DNA of 48,929 nt from Vulcanimicrobiaceae bacterium. Lineage in GTDB: Bacteria; Vulcanimicrobiota; Vulcanimicrobiia; Vulcanimicrobiales; Vulcanimicrobiaceae. Position 1 is the first letter of the stretch. Each line of letters starts with the position of its first letter. The stretch is taken from assembly GCA_036559195.1 (NCBI GenBank), contig DATBTN010000042.1:1-48929 (forward strand), in the 5' to 3' direction. A program made the position numbers and the translations under genes. Below are positions 34,593 through 44,018 of this stretch, in pieces. The notes under the pieces were generated by a model. That model worked only from the letters and a program-made list of their open reading frames with translations. It searched no databases and was not told the DNA's origin.

Positions 34593-36224
34593 TCAACCGC
34601 GTTTGCGAAACGTCGCCCAGGCCGTTCGAGTGACCCACAAAACGGCAATCACGATGGCGAACCAGAGTACCCAACCGATGGCGCCTTTCCACCCTCCCGG
34701 GTGGTAGACGGCGAGCAAAATCGTGATGCCGACGATGCAGGCGGCGGCGATCATCGTTGCGTTCGCGCGTTCGACGATCCGCTCGAAGCGCGTGAGGACC
34801 GGCTCGAGATCTTCGAGGCGCGTCCAGACGCGCAGATTGCCGCGCTCGATATCGGCCAGCACCCGATCCGCGCGCCGCGGCAGCTCCAAGCTGAGCTCCG
34901 CAGCCTCCCTGGTAGCCTGCCGGGCTCGTTCGGCCCATTGCTCCGGATTCAATTGCGCGAGGGTTACTTTGCTGGTTATCGGCTTGAGAAAGCTCGAAAT
35001 CGTTTTGCCCGGCGCGATGGCGAGAATCAATCCTTCACTCATCGCAATCGCTTTGAAGAGAAAGGCCACCGAAGCCGGCATGCGCAGCCCGTACTCGCGG
35101 ATGAGATCGAGCATTTCTCCGAGTGCGGCCCCCATTTGAACCTGCTCGAGCGAACTGCTCATATAGCGGTCGAGCAAGCGGCCGATCTGTGCGCCGAAGG
35201 CGACTCGATCGACCGGCGCAAGCGGCGGCGCGAGATCGATGAGGTGATCGCTCACGCGCTGGGCGTCGTGGTGTTCCATGGCCAGAAAGATGTCGCCCAG
35301 ACGGCGGCGCTGCTCTTCGGAGAGCCGGCCCACCATGCCGAAGTCGATGATGCCGACCGTTCCGTCGGACCGGATCAGAACGTTGCCGGGATGCGGATCC
35401 GCGTGGAAGATGCCGTGTACGAAAGCGGGCTCGAGGACGAAGCGGGCGATGCGCTGCGCCGCGGCTTCCTGGCGCTTTTTGGTGAGGGAGAAATCTTCGG
35501 TCGCTTTCGTGCCTCGCACCAGCGTCAGCGTCAGGACGTGGGCCGTGGAACGATCCCAGATGACCTCAGGCAACTCGAAGCCGCGCTCGTCGCCGAAGAA
35601 TCCGCGAAAGATCTCGATGTTGCGCGCTTCGCGCGTGTAGTCGAGCTCCGCGCGCAGCATGTCGCCGAATTCTTCGACCAGCCCTTCGACATCGTGATCT
35701 GCGAAATCCGGAAAGTGTTTTTCGGCAGAGGCAGCGAGTCCGTTCAGAATATCGAGATCGCGTTCGACGACCGCGCGGACGCCGGGTTTGCGCACTTTGA
35801 CCACGACGTCGCGGCCGTCGGCGAGCGTTGCGACGTGAACCTGCCCGATCGAGGCGGCGGCCAGCGGAATGGGATCGAACGTGGCAAAGAGCTCCGCGGT
35901 CGATGCGCCGAGTTCGTTTTCGATCTCCGTTACGATGATGGCCGCGTCGAGCGGAGCGACGGAGTCCTGAAGCTTTGCAAGCTCGTCGCGATACTGTGGC
36001 GGCAGCAGGTCGCCGCGGGTCGAGAGAATTTGCCCGAGCTTGATAAACGTCGTGCCGAGCTCTTCGCAAGCCAACCGTAATTGCTCGGCCTGAAGCTGGG
36101 CCCGCTCGCCGTCGGGATGAAGACGCATGCCGGCCCCGGCCGCGGCCAGACCGTGCTTGGCTAGGACGCCCATGATTTCGCGGTAGCGTTCGGAACGCGT
36201 TCCGGAGCCGTCGTGTTGCTGCAT
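34593..36224 (-). CDS. ubiB: UbiB/ABC1-family atypical protein kinase
   Basis: Conserved FIKLGQILSTRGDLLP, ASIGQVH, HADPHPGN and IDFGMVG motifs, with a C-terminal TM segment. Start at the ATG giving MQQHDGSG. An alternative TTG lies at 36242. Confidence 0.85.
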   Translation of the reverse strand: MQQHDGSGTRSERYREIMGVLAKHGLAAAGAGMRLHPDGERAQLQAEQLRLACEELGTTFIKLGQILSTRGDLLPPQYRDELAKLQDSVAPLDAAIIVTEIENELGASTAELFATFDPIPLAAASIGQVHVATLADGRDVVVKVRKPGVRAVVERDLDILNGLAASAEKHFPDFADHDVEGLVEEFGDMLRAELDYTREARNIEIFRGFFGDERGFELPEVIWDRSTAHVLTLTLVRGTKATEDFSLTKKRQEAAAQRIARFVLEPAFVHGIFHADPHPGNVLIRSDGTVGIIDFGMVGRLSEEQRRRLGDIFLAMEHHDAQRVSDHLIDLAPPLAPVDRVAFGAQIGRLLDRYMSSSLEQVQMGAALGEMLDLIREYGLRMPASVAFLFKAIAMSEGLILAIAPGKTISSFLKPITSKVTLAQLNPEQWAERARQATREAAELSLELPRRADRVLADIERGNLRVWTRLEDLEPVLTRFERIVERANATMIAAACIVGITILLAVYHPGGWKGAIGWVLWFAIVIAVLWVTRTAWATFRKRG

Positions 36225-36294
36225 GAACGTGTTGTTTCCCAAAAAACGGAGGGCGGCACCACTTCGTCCAGAAGCGTCTCGGCGGTTGAACAGT

Positions 36295-36720
36295 ATGCCG
36301 GATTTTGCCTACGCAGTACCCGCGGACGTTGTCGCGATGAAGGAGATCGACCGGCTGGCGTTTCCGGCCGACGAGCAGTACGAAGACGCGTTTTACGCCG
36401 CGATCGTTGCCGAGCGCCGGTTTCGAACGATCGTCGCCGCGGGCCCCGCGGGGGACGTCGCCGGCTACGTCTTACTGGATCTGGACGCCGATCCCGTCCG
36501 CCTGCGTTCGATCGCCGTCCATCCGCGGCACCGCGGGAGCGGCTACGGCAGCGCGTTAGTGCGTCGCGCCATCCAAGAAACGGGCCAAGAACTCGAACTG
36601 TTGGTGGAAGAAAACAATGCGGCCGCGATGCGTCTGTACGCGCGACTCGGATTCGAATTCGTCGAAAACACGAGCGGTGTACCGCGCCGAAAAGCGATGC
36701 GTTTCCGGCCCGTTACATGA
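36295..36720 (+). CDS. GNAT-family N-acetyltransferase (RimI-like)
   Basis: 141 aa. Acetyl-CoA site RLRSIAVHPRHRGSGYGSALV. Confidence 0.8.
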   Translation: MPDFAYAVPADVVAMKEIDRLAFPADEQYEDAFYAAIVAERRFRTIVAAGPAGDVAGYVLLDLDADPVRLRSIAVHPRHRGSGYGSALVRRAIQETGQELELLVEENNAAAMRLYARLGFEFVENTSGVPRRKAMRFRPVT

Positions 36721-36723
36721 CGT

Positions 36724-37263
36724 CTACCGCGTAAACAGCACCGTGGACAGACCGTGCCAGGTCGTACGCTCGGATTCCATATAGCCGCATTTCTGCGCGA
36801 CTCGGATGGACGCAAGATTTTCCGGATCGATCAGGCAGACGGTGCGAGCCGATCCGAAATGAGCGTCGCCCCAGGCAATCGCCGCACGGACCGCCTCGGT
36901 CGCGTAGCCTTTGCCGTGAAAGGGAGTTGCGAGTGCCCAGCCCAGCTCCGGCATGCCGTCGATCGACGGCTGCATATCGCGCTTGAAATCGGCGAATCCA
37001 AGTTCGCCGGCGAAATTGCCGCTAGCCTTGTCTTGGATGGCCCAATAGCCGAAGCCCAGCAGCGCCCAATGGCCGACGTAACGCATCAGCCGCCCCCAGG
37101 TTTCCATTTGCGTGGAGGGTTTGCCGCCGATGTAGCGCGTAACGATCGGATCGGCCCACATCGCGGCGCAGGCGGGAAAATCCTCGAGCCGGTGAGCGCG
37201 CATGACCAGACGCGGCGTTTCGATAACCGGAGCGTGTGCGGCAAAATTGCTGTCAGCGGACAT
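36724..37263 (-). CDS. GNAT-family N-acetyltransferase (RimJ/RimL-like, Acetyltransf_3)
   Basis: 179 aa. TPRLVMRAHRLEDF...PELGWALATPFHGKGYATEAV. Confidence 0.8.
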   Translation of the reverse strand: MSADSNFAAHAPVIETPRLVMRAHRLEDFPACAAMWADPIVTRYIGGKPSTQMETWGRLMRYVGHWALLGFGYWAIQDKASGNFAGELGFADFKRDMQPSIDGMPELGWALATPFHGKGYATEAVRAAIAWGDAHFGSARTVCLIDPENLASIRVAQKCGYMESERTTWHGLSTVLFTR

Positions 37264-37506
37264 ACGTCGAGTTACGGATCGCAGCCGGCGCTACCCTCCC
37301 GATGGTTACTGTGAGATTTCGTCGATTGCGCGGATAGCGCGGACGTTCGCCATTGCCGGCGCGAATTCGTCACTCGTTTGCGGGAACTCGCTCGCGACGA
37401 TTCCGACTTCGATGCCGCCGAACGCGTTGACGTGCGGCAGGAAGGCGAGTGCGTGAGCATCCGCGTCGAGCTACCCGTCCACGCTAAGCCGACGAGCGGT
37501 TAACCC

Positions 37507-39252
37507 CTATGGATCTGCGGCGTTGCGATAGGCGTCGAGTACGTCGCGCCGGGTGACGATACCGAGCAGTGTGCCGTCCGAGGGATCGACGACAGGTAAC
37601 AACGGTGTGCCTAGGTCTGCCATGAGCGTTGCGGCTTGTTCGAGCGTATCGGCTCGGGTGAGTTTAGCGGCGCTTTTACGCGCGATCTCGCGGACGAGCG
37701 TCGATGAAGACCCCGCGGCGAGTGTGGCCGCGATATCGGTAGCCGTCACGAACCCGGTGAACTTTCGTTCCTCGGAAACCGGCACGACAAATTCCTCGCT
37801 GCCGTGCAGGCGTTTGGCGACGTCGGCGACGGTCTCGCCGGCGTGGGCAACGATCGGCGGCTGCCGCTCTACGACCGTTACACTTACGCGCGTCAAGAGT
37901 CGCGGGCGTCGAACCGTCATCCAATCGATGCCTTGACGCACCAGTTTCATTTCGTAAACGGTGTGCCCAAGCAATCGACGGCCCAGCACCGTCGCAATGA
38001 CCGTGCAGATCATTAGCGGCAGGATGATGGTGTAGTCGTCGGACATTTCGAAAACGATCATAATCGCGGTGATCGGGGCTTCGGCAGCGGCCGCGAACAC
38101 GGCAGCCATCCCGACTAGGCCGTAGGCGGCGGCGTTGGCCGTCCAGGCGGGAAAGATGTCATGCACGATGCGGCCGAATGCATCGCCGAGCATAGCCCCG
38201 GTGTAGAGCGATGGAGCAAATACGCCGCCGCTGCCGCCACCGCCGAGTGTAAGTGAAGTGGCGAGTGGTTTGAGTACGGCGAGCATGAGTGCGTGCCGCG
38301 CCGGCACGTGACCGTCGAGCACCGATTGCATGCTGCCGTAGCCGACTCCGAGAACCTGCGGCACCCAAACTCCGATCAGGCCCACCACGCCGAAGGCAAT
38401 GGCCGCTTTCAGGAGCGGATGGAGTTTCCAGCGTTCGAAGCCGTCCTCAAGGATGTAGAGAAAGCGCACAAAACCAAACGCCCACACCGCGGCGACCAGT
38501 CCTAGAATTGCGTAGAGTACCAGCTCCCACGGAGAGGCGAGGTAAAACGCCGCCGCGTTAAAGGACGGATGGTTTCCGAAGAACGCGCGGCCTATGACCG
38601 CTGAAACGACGCTCGCGACGACGATAACCGCAAACGAACGAGGTGCGAAGTCGCCGATAATCACCTCGTTCGCGAAGAAGACCCCGCCGATCGGGGCATT
38701 GAACGTCGCGGAGATCCCAGCGGCCGCGCCGCACGCTACCAGGGTCCGTACAATTGGTGCTGGAGCTCGAACGATTTGCCCGATGACCGAACCGATTGTT
38801 GCGCCGATTTGAACGATCGGCCCTTCGCGCCCGACGCTTCCGCCGAAGCCGATGCAGGTTGCCGAGGCGAGACTTTTTACCGCGATGATACGCGGACGCA
38901 TGATGCCGCCGCGCAGTGCGACCGCGGCCATCACCTCGGGAACGCCGTGACCCTTAGCTTCCTTTGCAAATCGTTCGACCACGAACGTGGTGATGATGCC
39001 ACCGAGGATCAGTACCGGAACGACGCTCGCGTGGCCGAGAAACGCGAGGTGCGGGCCAAGCCAGCCGAATGCGAACGCACCTTCGCCGGAGATCAAACGA
39101 CGAAAGAGTACGGCCCCGAATCCACCGCCGAGGCCGACAATAATCGCGGCGAGCAGTAGGAACGTGCTTTGGCTAAGAGATACCCGGCCGATAGTGAGGC
39201 GGTATCCGCGTTCGGTCTCGACGTAGCTCGCTTCTGGAAATGACAGGCGCAC
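37507..39252 (-). CDS. ClC-family chloride channel / H+-Cl- antiporter with C-terminal CBS pair
   Basis: 581 aa. Selectivity-filter motifs GSVGREGP, GGVFAPS and a GxFxP-type segment. Two CBS domains at the C-terminus. GTG start 7 nt after the upstream stop. Confidence 0.9.
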   Translation of the reverse strand: MRLSFPEASYVETERGYRLTIGRVSLSQSTFLLLAAIIVGLGGGFGAVLFRRLISGEGAFAFGWLGPHLAFLGHASVVPVLILGGIITTFVVERFAKEAKGHGVPEVMAAVALRGGIMRPRIIAVKSLASATCIGFGGSVGREGPIVQIGATIGSVIGQIVRAPAPIVRTLVACGAAAGISATFNAPIGGVFFANEVIIGDFAPRSFAVIVVASVVSAVIGRAFFGNHPSFNAAAFYLASPWELVLYAILGLVAAVWAFGFVRFLYILEDGFERWKLHPLLKAAIAFGVVGLIGVWVPQVLGVGYGSMQSVLDGHVPARHALMLAVLKPLATSLTLGGGGSGGVFAPSLYTGAMLGDAFGRIVHDIFPAWTANAAAYGLVGMAAVFAAAAEAPITAIMIVFEMSDDYTIILPLMICTVIATVLGRRLLGHTVYEMKLVRQGIDWMTVRRPRLLTRVSVTVVERQPPIVAHAGETVADVAKRLHGSEEFVVPVSEERKFTGFVTATDIAATLAAGSSSTLVREIARKSAAKLTRADTLEQAATLMADLGTPLLPVVDPSDGTLLGIVTRRDVLDAYRNAADP

Positions 39253-39258
39253 CCGTCA

Positions 39259-40098
39259 TTAACTTTTAGCGATAGCTGCCAGGTCCTGGTCGCCGAATCC
39301 CCGCTCTATTGCATAGCGAAGTCTGCTTTCAATCGCCGCGATAATAGGCAGGCTTCGATCGTTTGCCGTTTGCAGCATCAGCGTTGCGTCTTTGTGCGCC
39401 ATCTCAAGCGTCCACGTGGGCTCGTAATCGGCCTGCGACATGCGCTTTCCGCGACCGGTAATTTGTCCTTCGGGATGGTAGAAATCGAAGAGCGTGTAGG
39501 CCTCTTCGCGGGTGACGCCGCACGCTTCGGCCAGGCTGAAGACGTCGTTTAATCCGCCGACAACTGCGAGAATCATCGCGTTGCCCATAAGTTTAAAAAT
39601 CGAGGCGAGATCCACACGCGCACCCAGATAGCGAACTTCGCCGGTCATCGGCGCGAGCGAAGGGTGCAAGGCCTCGAAATCGCCCTTCGGCCCGGAGGCG
39701 AGCATCGTCCCGGTAGCCTGTTCGGCCTGGGGCGGCCCCATGAACACCGGCGCGTGGAGGAACGTGTATCCCGCGTCGTTCAAGCGCTTCGCGCGATCCA
39801 GGACGCCGCGCGGCGTGACGGTTGTGTGATCCACGATCGGCGTCTTCGGCGCGATGCCCGGGCGAGCGGCGGCAAACGTCTCGTCGACGGCCGCGTCGTC
39901 GCGCAGGCACAAATGAACGCGCGTCGCGCCGCGCGCCGCCTCTGCAGCGCTGCGGAAGGCCACGGCACCGCACGCTTCAAGCGCCTGCGCTTTTTCGAAC
40001 GTGCGGTTCCAGACGTGCACGGCGACGCCGCGGCGGCGAAATGCCCGAACGAAGCCCGAGCCGAGCATGCCTGCTCCGTAAAACACAATAGTTTCCAT
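39259..40098 (-). CDS. NAD(P)-dependent oxidoreductase of the 3-hydroxyisobutyrate/6-phosphogluconate dehydrogenase family
   Basis: N-terminal IVFYGAGMLGSGFVRAF Rossmann motif. Conserved catalytic K in FKLMGNAM. Confidence 0.85.
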   Translation of the reverse strand: METIVFYGAGMLGSGFVRAFRRRGVAVHVWNRTFEKAQALEACGAVAFRSAAEAARGATRVHLCLRDDAAVDETFAAARPGIAPKTPIVDHTTVTPRGVLDRAKRLNDAGYTFLHAPVFMGPPQAEQATGTMLASGPKGDFEALHPSLAPMTGEVRYLGARVDLASIFKLMGNAMILAVVGGLNDVFSLAEACGVTREEAYTLFDFYHPEGQITGRGKRMSQADYEPTWTLEMAHKDATLMLQTANDRSLPIIAAIESRLRYAIERGFGDQDLAAIAKS

Positions 40099-40105
40099 GC
40101 ACACT

Positions 40106-41464
40106 CTATACCCCGCTCGGCCGGCCTTTCATCGAGACCATTCTTCGAACGACGACCGCGTAGACGACTGCGCCGACGACGGCGACCAGCACCGCATAGA
40201 TCGAATCGCGCGGATAGATCGCTATCTCCGATACCACGACGCCGATGACCGCGACGACGAGTAGAAGCGTCGTCCAGGGATGACCGGGAACGCGAATCTG
40301 CGGCGGTGCCAGCGCTGCGTCGCGCTTTCTCAGCACGAACAATGCAACGGCCGCGAGCGCGATAAAGCACCACACCGGCAACGTGACCCAATTGATGATC
40401 TGTGCGAACGTTCCGCTGGCGGCGAGCACGGCGGCCATCGCGCCGTAAAGGGCGATCGCGACCACGGGAACGTGTGTGCGCGGATGCACCCACGCGATTT
40501 GACGAAAGAGCATGCCGTCGCGCGCGAGTTGAAAATAGATCCGCGGCGCCAGCAGAATCGAGGTACTCATATAGCCGAGCGTGGATATCCCGATGGCGAT
40601 GGCGATCAAACGCGAGCCCAGGGGTCCGAATGCGGCACGCATGACGTCGGCCGCGGGCGTTGTAGACGCCGCCAGGCCGGCCGCGCCCAGGACGCGCAGG
40701 CAGCCGGCATTGACGAGCAGATAGACGACGACCACGATGCCGACGCCGAGAAGCAAGCCGCGAGAAACGGTTCGCACGGGATCGTGCACTTCACCGGTAA
40801 TGTAGCCCGCCGATTGAAACCCGACGTAGGCAAAAAGCACCGGCAGCATGGCGACGCCGAGCGCGCCGAGGAGTTGGACCGGCGAGTGAAATGCCGCCAG
40901 CGGCGCCTGTGCGGGCAACGGGTGCGCCGCGAAACCCGCAACGATCAACGCGGCGATCGCGCCCATTTTCAAAACGACGAGAAGGTTCTGCCAAGCCGCT
41001 CCCTGTCGAACGCCCAAAATATTGATGAGCGTAACGCAGGCGAGCGTGATGACCGCGACGAGTCGCGAGTCGGCGGTGATGCCTAGAGCCGGTATGACGT
41101 ATCCGGCGAAGAGCGCGGCCGAGGCCGCGGTTGCGCCGCTGTACATCAGCCAAAAATCCATCCACACGAAAACGAAACCGACGCCCGAGCCAAAGGCGTC
41201 GCGCAAATAGGCATAGAGGCCGCCGTTTTCCGGGCGTCGCGAGGCGAGTTCGGCAAAGACGAAGGCGCCGATCAGTGCGAGAACGCCGCCGGCGATCCAG
41301 CACGACATGATAAGAACCGGCGAATGGGCGCGCTGCGCGACGACGGCGGGATTGCGGAAGATCCCCGAGCCGATAACCGAGCCGATCGTAATCAACGTAA
41401 AGTCTGCGATGCCAAGGCGGCGCTTGAGTCCCGGCGTGCTCTGCGCTGTGGTGGGATTCGCCAT
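40106..41464 (-). CDS. APC-superfamily amino acid permease
   Basis: 452 aa with 12 TM segments. FTLITIGSVIGSGIF signature. Confidence 0.9.
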   Translation of the reverse strand: MANPTTAQSTPGLKRRLGIADFTLITIGSVIGSGIFRNPAVVAQRAHSPVLIMSCWIAGGVLALIGAFVFAELASRRPENGGLYAYLRDAFGSGVGFVFVWMDFWLMYSGATAASAALFAGYVIPALGITADSRLVAVITLACVTLINILGVRQGAAWQNLLVVLKMGAIAALIVAGFAAHPLPAQAPLAAFHSPVQLLGALGVAMLPVLFAYVGFQSAGYITGEVHDPVRTVSRGLLLGVGIVVVVYLLVNAGCLRVLGAAGLAASTTPAADVMRAAFGPLGSRLIAIAIGISTLGYMSTSILLAPRIYFQLARDGMLFRQIAWVHPRTHVPVVAIALYGAMAAVLAASGTFAQIINWVTLPVWCFIALAAVALFVLRKRDAALAPPQIRVPGHPWTTLLLVVAVIGVVVSEIAIYPRDSIYAVLVAVVGAVVYAVVVRRMVSMKGRPSGV

Positions 41465-41509
41465 ATGCGCCGATCTTCAGTTGTCCGAAGAGTGCTCCTG
41501 CACGCAGGA

Positions 41510-42247
41510 TCAGGGCTTGTTGCAATCCGACCACGCGAGATGTGGCGCGTCGTCAATAAGGCGTAGAGCCCGGCCGCGCGGTGTCGGCGTCTGGAGCACC
41601 TTTTCGATTCGCCCAAGGTTTTGGCGGCTTAACCCGCCAGCTTGAAAGATCGAACGTAAGGTATCGGAATCGTCGGAGACAGTGCAGGGCTGAACGCGTC
41701 TTAAGAGATCGAGCCCGCTTTCAAGGCGAGCCATAGCGGACTCGTCCAAGCGTTGCCACATAAGATACACGCTCGCGCGTCGACCCTTATCGTCGTTTGC
41801 GCGGAGAAGCTCCGCGTACTCCGCGCGAACCTTGGGATCGTGAATATCCGAAAGCGCCGGGCATATCGCGCCCCTAAGTTCCCGCGGCGGCGGTGGGCAT
41901 GGCACGACCGGCACGTTGTTGGGATCGAGAGCATTGTAGTTCGGATCGTAGGAACGCTCTATCGCCGCGGCGATTTTCGCATAGCCGTACGCGAAACGCC
42001 GCCGATCGACGACAAAGCCTTCGACCGTGAGAGAGTCCAAATCGAGTGACGTATCCATGTCGGCAAGGGCGGTCTTTACATCGGCGGGATCGTGCGTCAG
42101 TTTAAATCGGTCGAGCTGCTCCAGCGCGGCGTTCACGTGAGCGTGGATTTGGCTATCAGGCGGCGTGGCCGCACTCACGGGCAGCAGAAGAAGCAAGACG
42201 AATGCGCCAATCGCGATCGACGCCTTTCGAGCGATAGTCTCAAGCAT
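41510..42247 (-). CDS. secreted hypothetical protein
   Basis: 245 aa. Signal peptide MLETIARKASIAIGAFVLLLLPVSAA. No recognisable family. Confidence 0.55.
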   Translation of the reverse strand: MLETIARKASIAIGAFVLLLLLPVSAATPPDSQIHAHVNAALEQLDRFKLTHDPADVKTALADMDTSLDLDSLTVEGFVVDRRRFAYGYAKIAAAIERSYDPNYNALDPNNVPVVPCPPPPRELRGAICPALSDIHDPKVRAEYAELLRANDDKGRRASVYLMWQRLDESAMARLESGLDLLRRVQPCTVSDDSDTLRSIFQAGGLSRQNLGRIEKVLQTPTPRGRALRLIDDAPHLAWSDCNKP

Positions 42248-42465
42248 CGTTATCTTCTACCCCATTTGACCACGCTTTTGATTTCGCGCGGTTATGCGGA
42301 CTTTCCGGGTTCGACCCATTACCGACAAGGGCGATCCAGCAAGCTCTCGTACTCCGACCTCGTTGTCATGATTTAGCTAGAGGATGTTTGTTATGAGGAT
42401 GCTAGCTGCCGTCGAGAAAACAGCCAGGTTGCGTGCGCCGAGAAAAGGAGCCGTTTCGGGCCATC

Positions 42466-43322
42466 ATGCATGACAACTCTGCCGTTGCGCCGGAGTCGAC
42501 CGCGGAACGCGTCGCCTTGTGGCGCGCGCTGCACGCACACATCGACGCGCCTCCGCATGTGTTCGAAGACGTTGTCGGTCTTAAACTTCTTTCGCCGAAG
42601 GAGGGTTGGCGCGAACGGCCCGACATGGATCCGCAACGTGCGGGCTCGTTTCGTGCGTCGATTGTGGCGCGCGCTCGATTTATTGACGATCTGGTTGAAA
42701 AAGCCGCGGCTCGCGGGGTACGGCAATATGTGATGCTCGGTGCGGGTCTCGACACTTTCGCGCAACGTCGACCCGTATCGCCTCGCACGTGAAGATCTTC
42801 GAAGTCGATCAACCCGGTCCGCAGGCGTGGAAGAAACAACGACTGAACGAGCTCGGCTTCGGGATCCCGGAGTGGCTGCGGTTCGTGCCGATCGATTTCG
42901 AGTCGGGTACTTCTTGGTGGGACGCGCTGCTCGCAGCCGGTTTTAACCGCTTCGAGCCGGCCATCGTCGCGTGCACGGGCGTGAGTTTGTACCTAACGCA
43001 AGATGCAATTGTGGAGATGCTGCATCACATCGCAGCGCTCGCGCCGGGCTCCACGTTCGCGATGACGTTTGTGCTCCCACTCGAATTGGTCGAATCGCGA
43101 GAACGTGCCGGATTTGAGGCGGCGATCGACGGGGCGCGTGCGAGCGGAACGCCGTTTGTCAGCTTCTTTGCCCCAACTGAAATCGTCGCACTGGCGCATG
43201 GCGTCGGCTTGAAGGAGGCAGATGTCGTGACGGGAGCTGCACTCTATCAGCGTTACTTTGTCGAGCGCAGCGACGGCTTGCGACCGGGAAACTCGGAACA
43301 GTTCTTGGTTGCGACGACGTGA
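42466..43322 (+). pseudogene. class I SAM-dependent methyltransferase of the leucine-carboxyl-methyltransferase (LCM/TIGR00027-like) family, interrupted by a frameshift near 42789
   Basis: ORF 42433-42792 (…TAERVALWRALH…VMLGAGLDTFAQRRPVSPRT*) and ORF 42789-43322 (VKIFEVDQPGPQAWKKQRL…) are the N- and C-terminal halves of one family. The conserved GAGLDT….R.P…T-(V/I)FE(V/I)DQP block is split exactly at the stop. The two frames differ by one nucleotide. Confidence 0.6.
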
Positions 43323-43324
43323 TG

Positions 43325-43666
43325 TCAAATGTCCAGAATCGCCCGGAGTCCCTCGGCAATGAGCTGCATCGTGGGTTCGTCTAGGGATCCTAGGGCACTC
43401 CCAAACAAACGCGAGCGATCGATCGCGCGAATTTGGTTGCACAAAACGAGACTGTCCTTTAGTGTTCCGCCTTCGCCCCGCCGAACGAAGACGTTTAGCA
43501 GATTGCCGTCTTTGTTGCGTGCGTCCGCAAGCGGGCATACGATCGTAATAGGCGATGACGCATTCGCGGAATCTCGCTGAACGATGACGGCGGGACGGGT
43601 TTTCGCTTGCTCGCTGCCGCACACGGGATCAAAAGCGACGCGCCAGACTTCACCACGTTGAAGCAC
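43325..43666 (-). CDS. mazF: MazF/PemK-family endoribonuclease toxin
   Basis: GTG start. GEVWRVAFDPVCGSEQAKTRPAVIVQ is the MazF signature. Confidence 0.85.
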   Translation of the reverse strand: MLQRGEVWRVAFDPVCGSEQAKTRPAVIVQRDSANASSPITIVCPLADARNKDGNLLNVFVRRGEGGTLKDSLVLCNQIRAIDRSRLFGSALGSLDEPTMQLIAEGLRAILDI

Positions 43667-43894
43667 CTAGTCCGGCAACCCGTCGAGAAGCGTCGGGTCC
43701 CAATTGGCCGCAGTAGCTCGGTCGTCATCGGCGTTCTCTCGACAGATACGAGCGATCTCCGCGTCCTGCAGGGCGCGCCTCCGGGTTTTTGCCTCGGCCA
43801 CGGCGGCTTCTACCATGAAAACCGTGCGATTTTTGCTCACTGAATCAATGAGCCGAAGCTCGGTCTCGCCAATAAGCATGGATATTTTGGGCAT
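43667..43894 (-). CDS. antitoxin partner of MazF (small DNA-binding protein, RHH/MazE-like)
   Basis: 75 aa. The stop TAG directly abuts the mazF GTG. Position and size fit a type II antitoxin. The sequence family is not securely assigned. Confidence 0.6.
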   Translation of the reverse strand: MPKISMLIGETELRLIDSVSKNRTVFMVEAAVAEAKTRRRALQDAEIARICRENADDDRATAANWDPTLLDGLPD

Positions 43895-43900
43895 ACAACT

Positions 43901-43929
43901 AGTATAGCGATAATATCCATATCGAGCAA
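43901..43929 (-). promoter_or_regulatory. sigma70-type promoter of the mazEF-like pair (TTGCTC-17-TATACT), near-leaderless
   Basis: On the minus strand, -35 TTGCTC (43924-43929), 17-nt spacer, -10 TATACT (43901-43906), 6 nt before the antitoxin ATG. Confidence 0.4.
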
Positions 43930-44018
43930 GTTGACGGGGCCAGGCCTTGGTTTTTGCATGGTCAACTACGGAGCGCCCGACCGGCCTTAGCGTAGAGGCG
44001 GCTTGCGCCCAAGTCGAA

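Noticed and set aside
37272-37460. ORF 37272-37460(-) and 37202-37456(+)
   Set aside because: Ser/Arg-rich and Ile/Ala/Ser-rich translations with no start context. The alternative plus-strand frame reported in the findings looks more protein-like, but none is confidently a gene.
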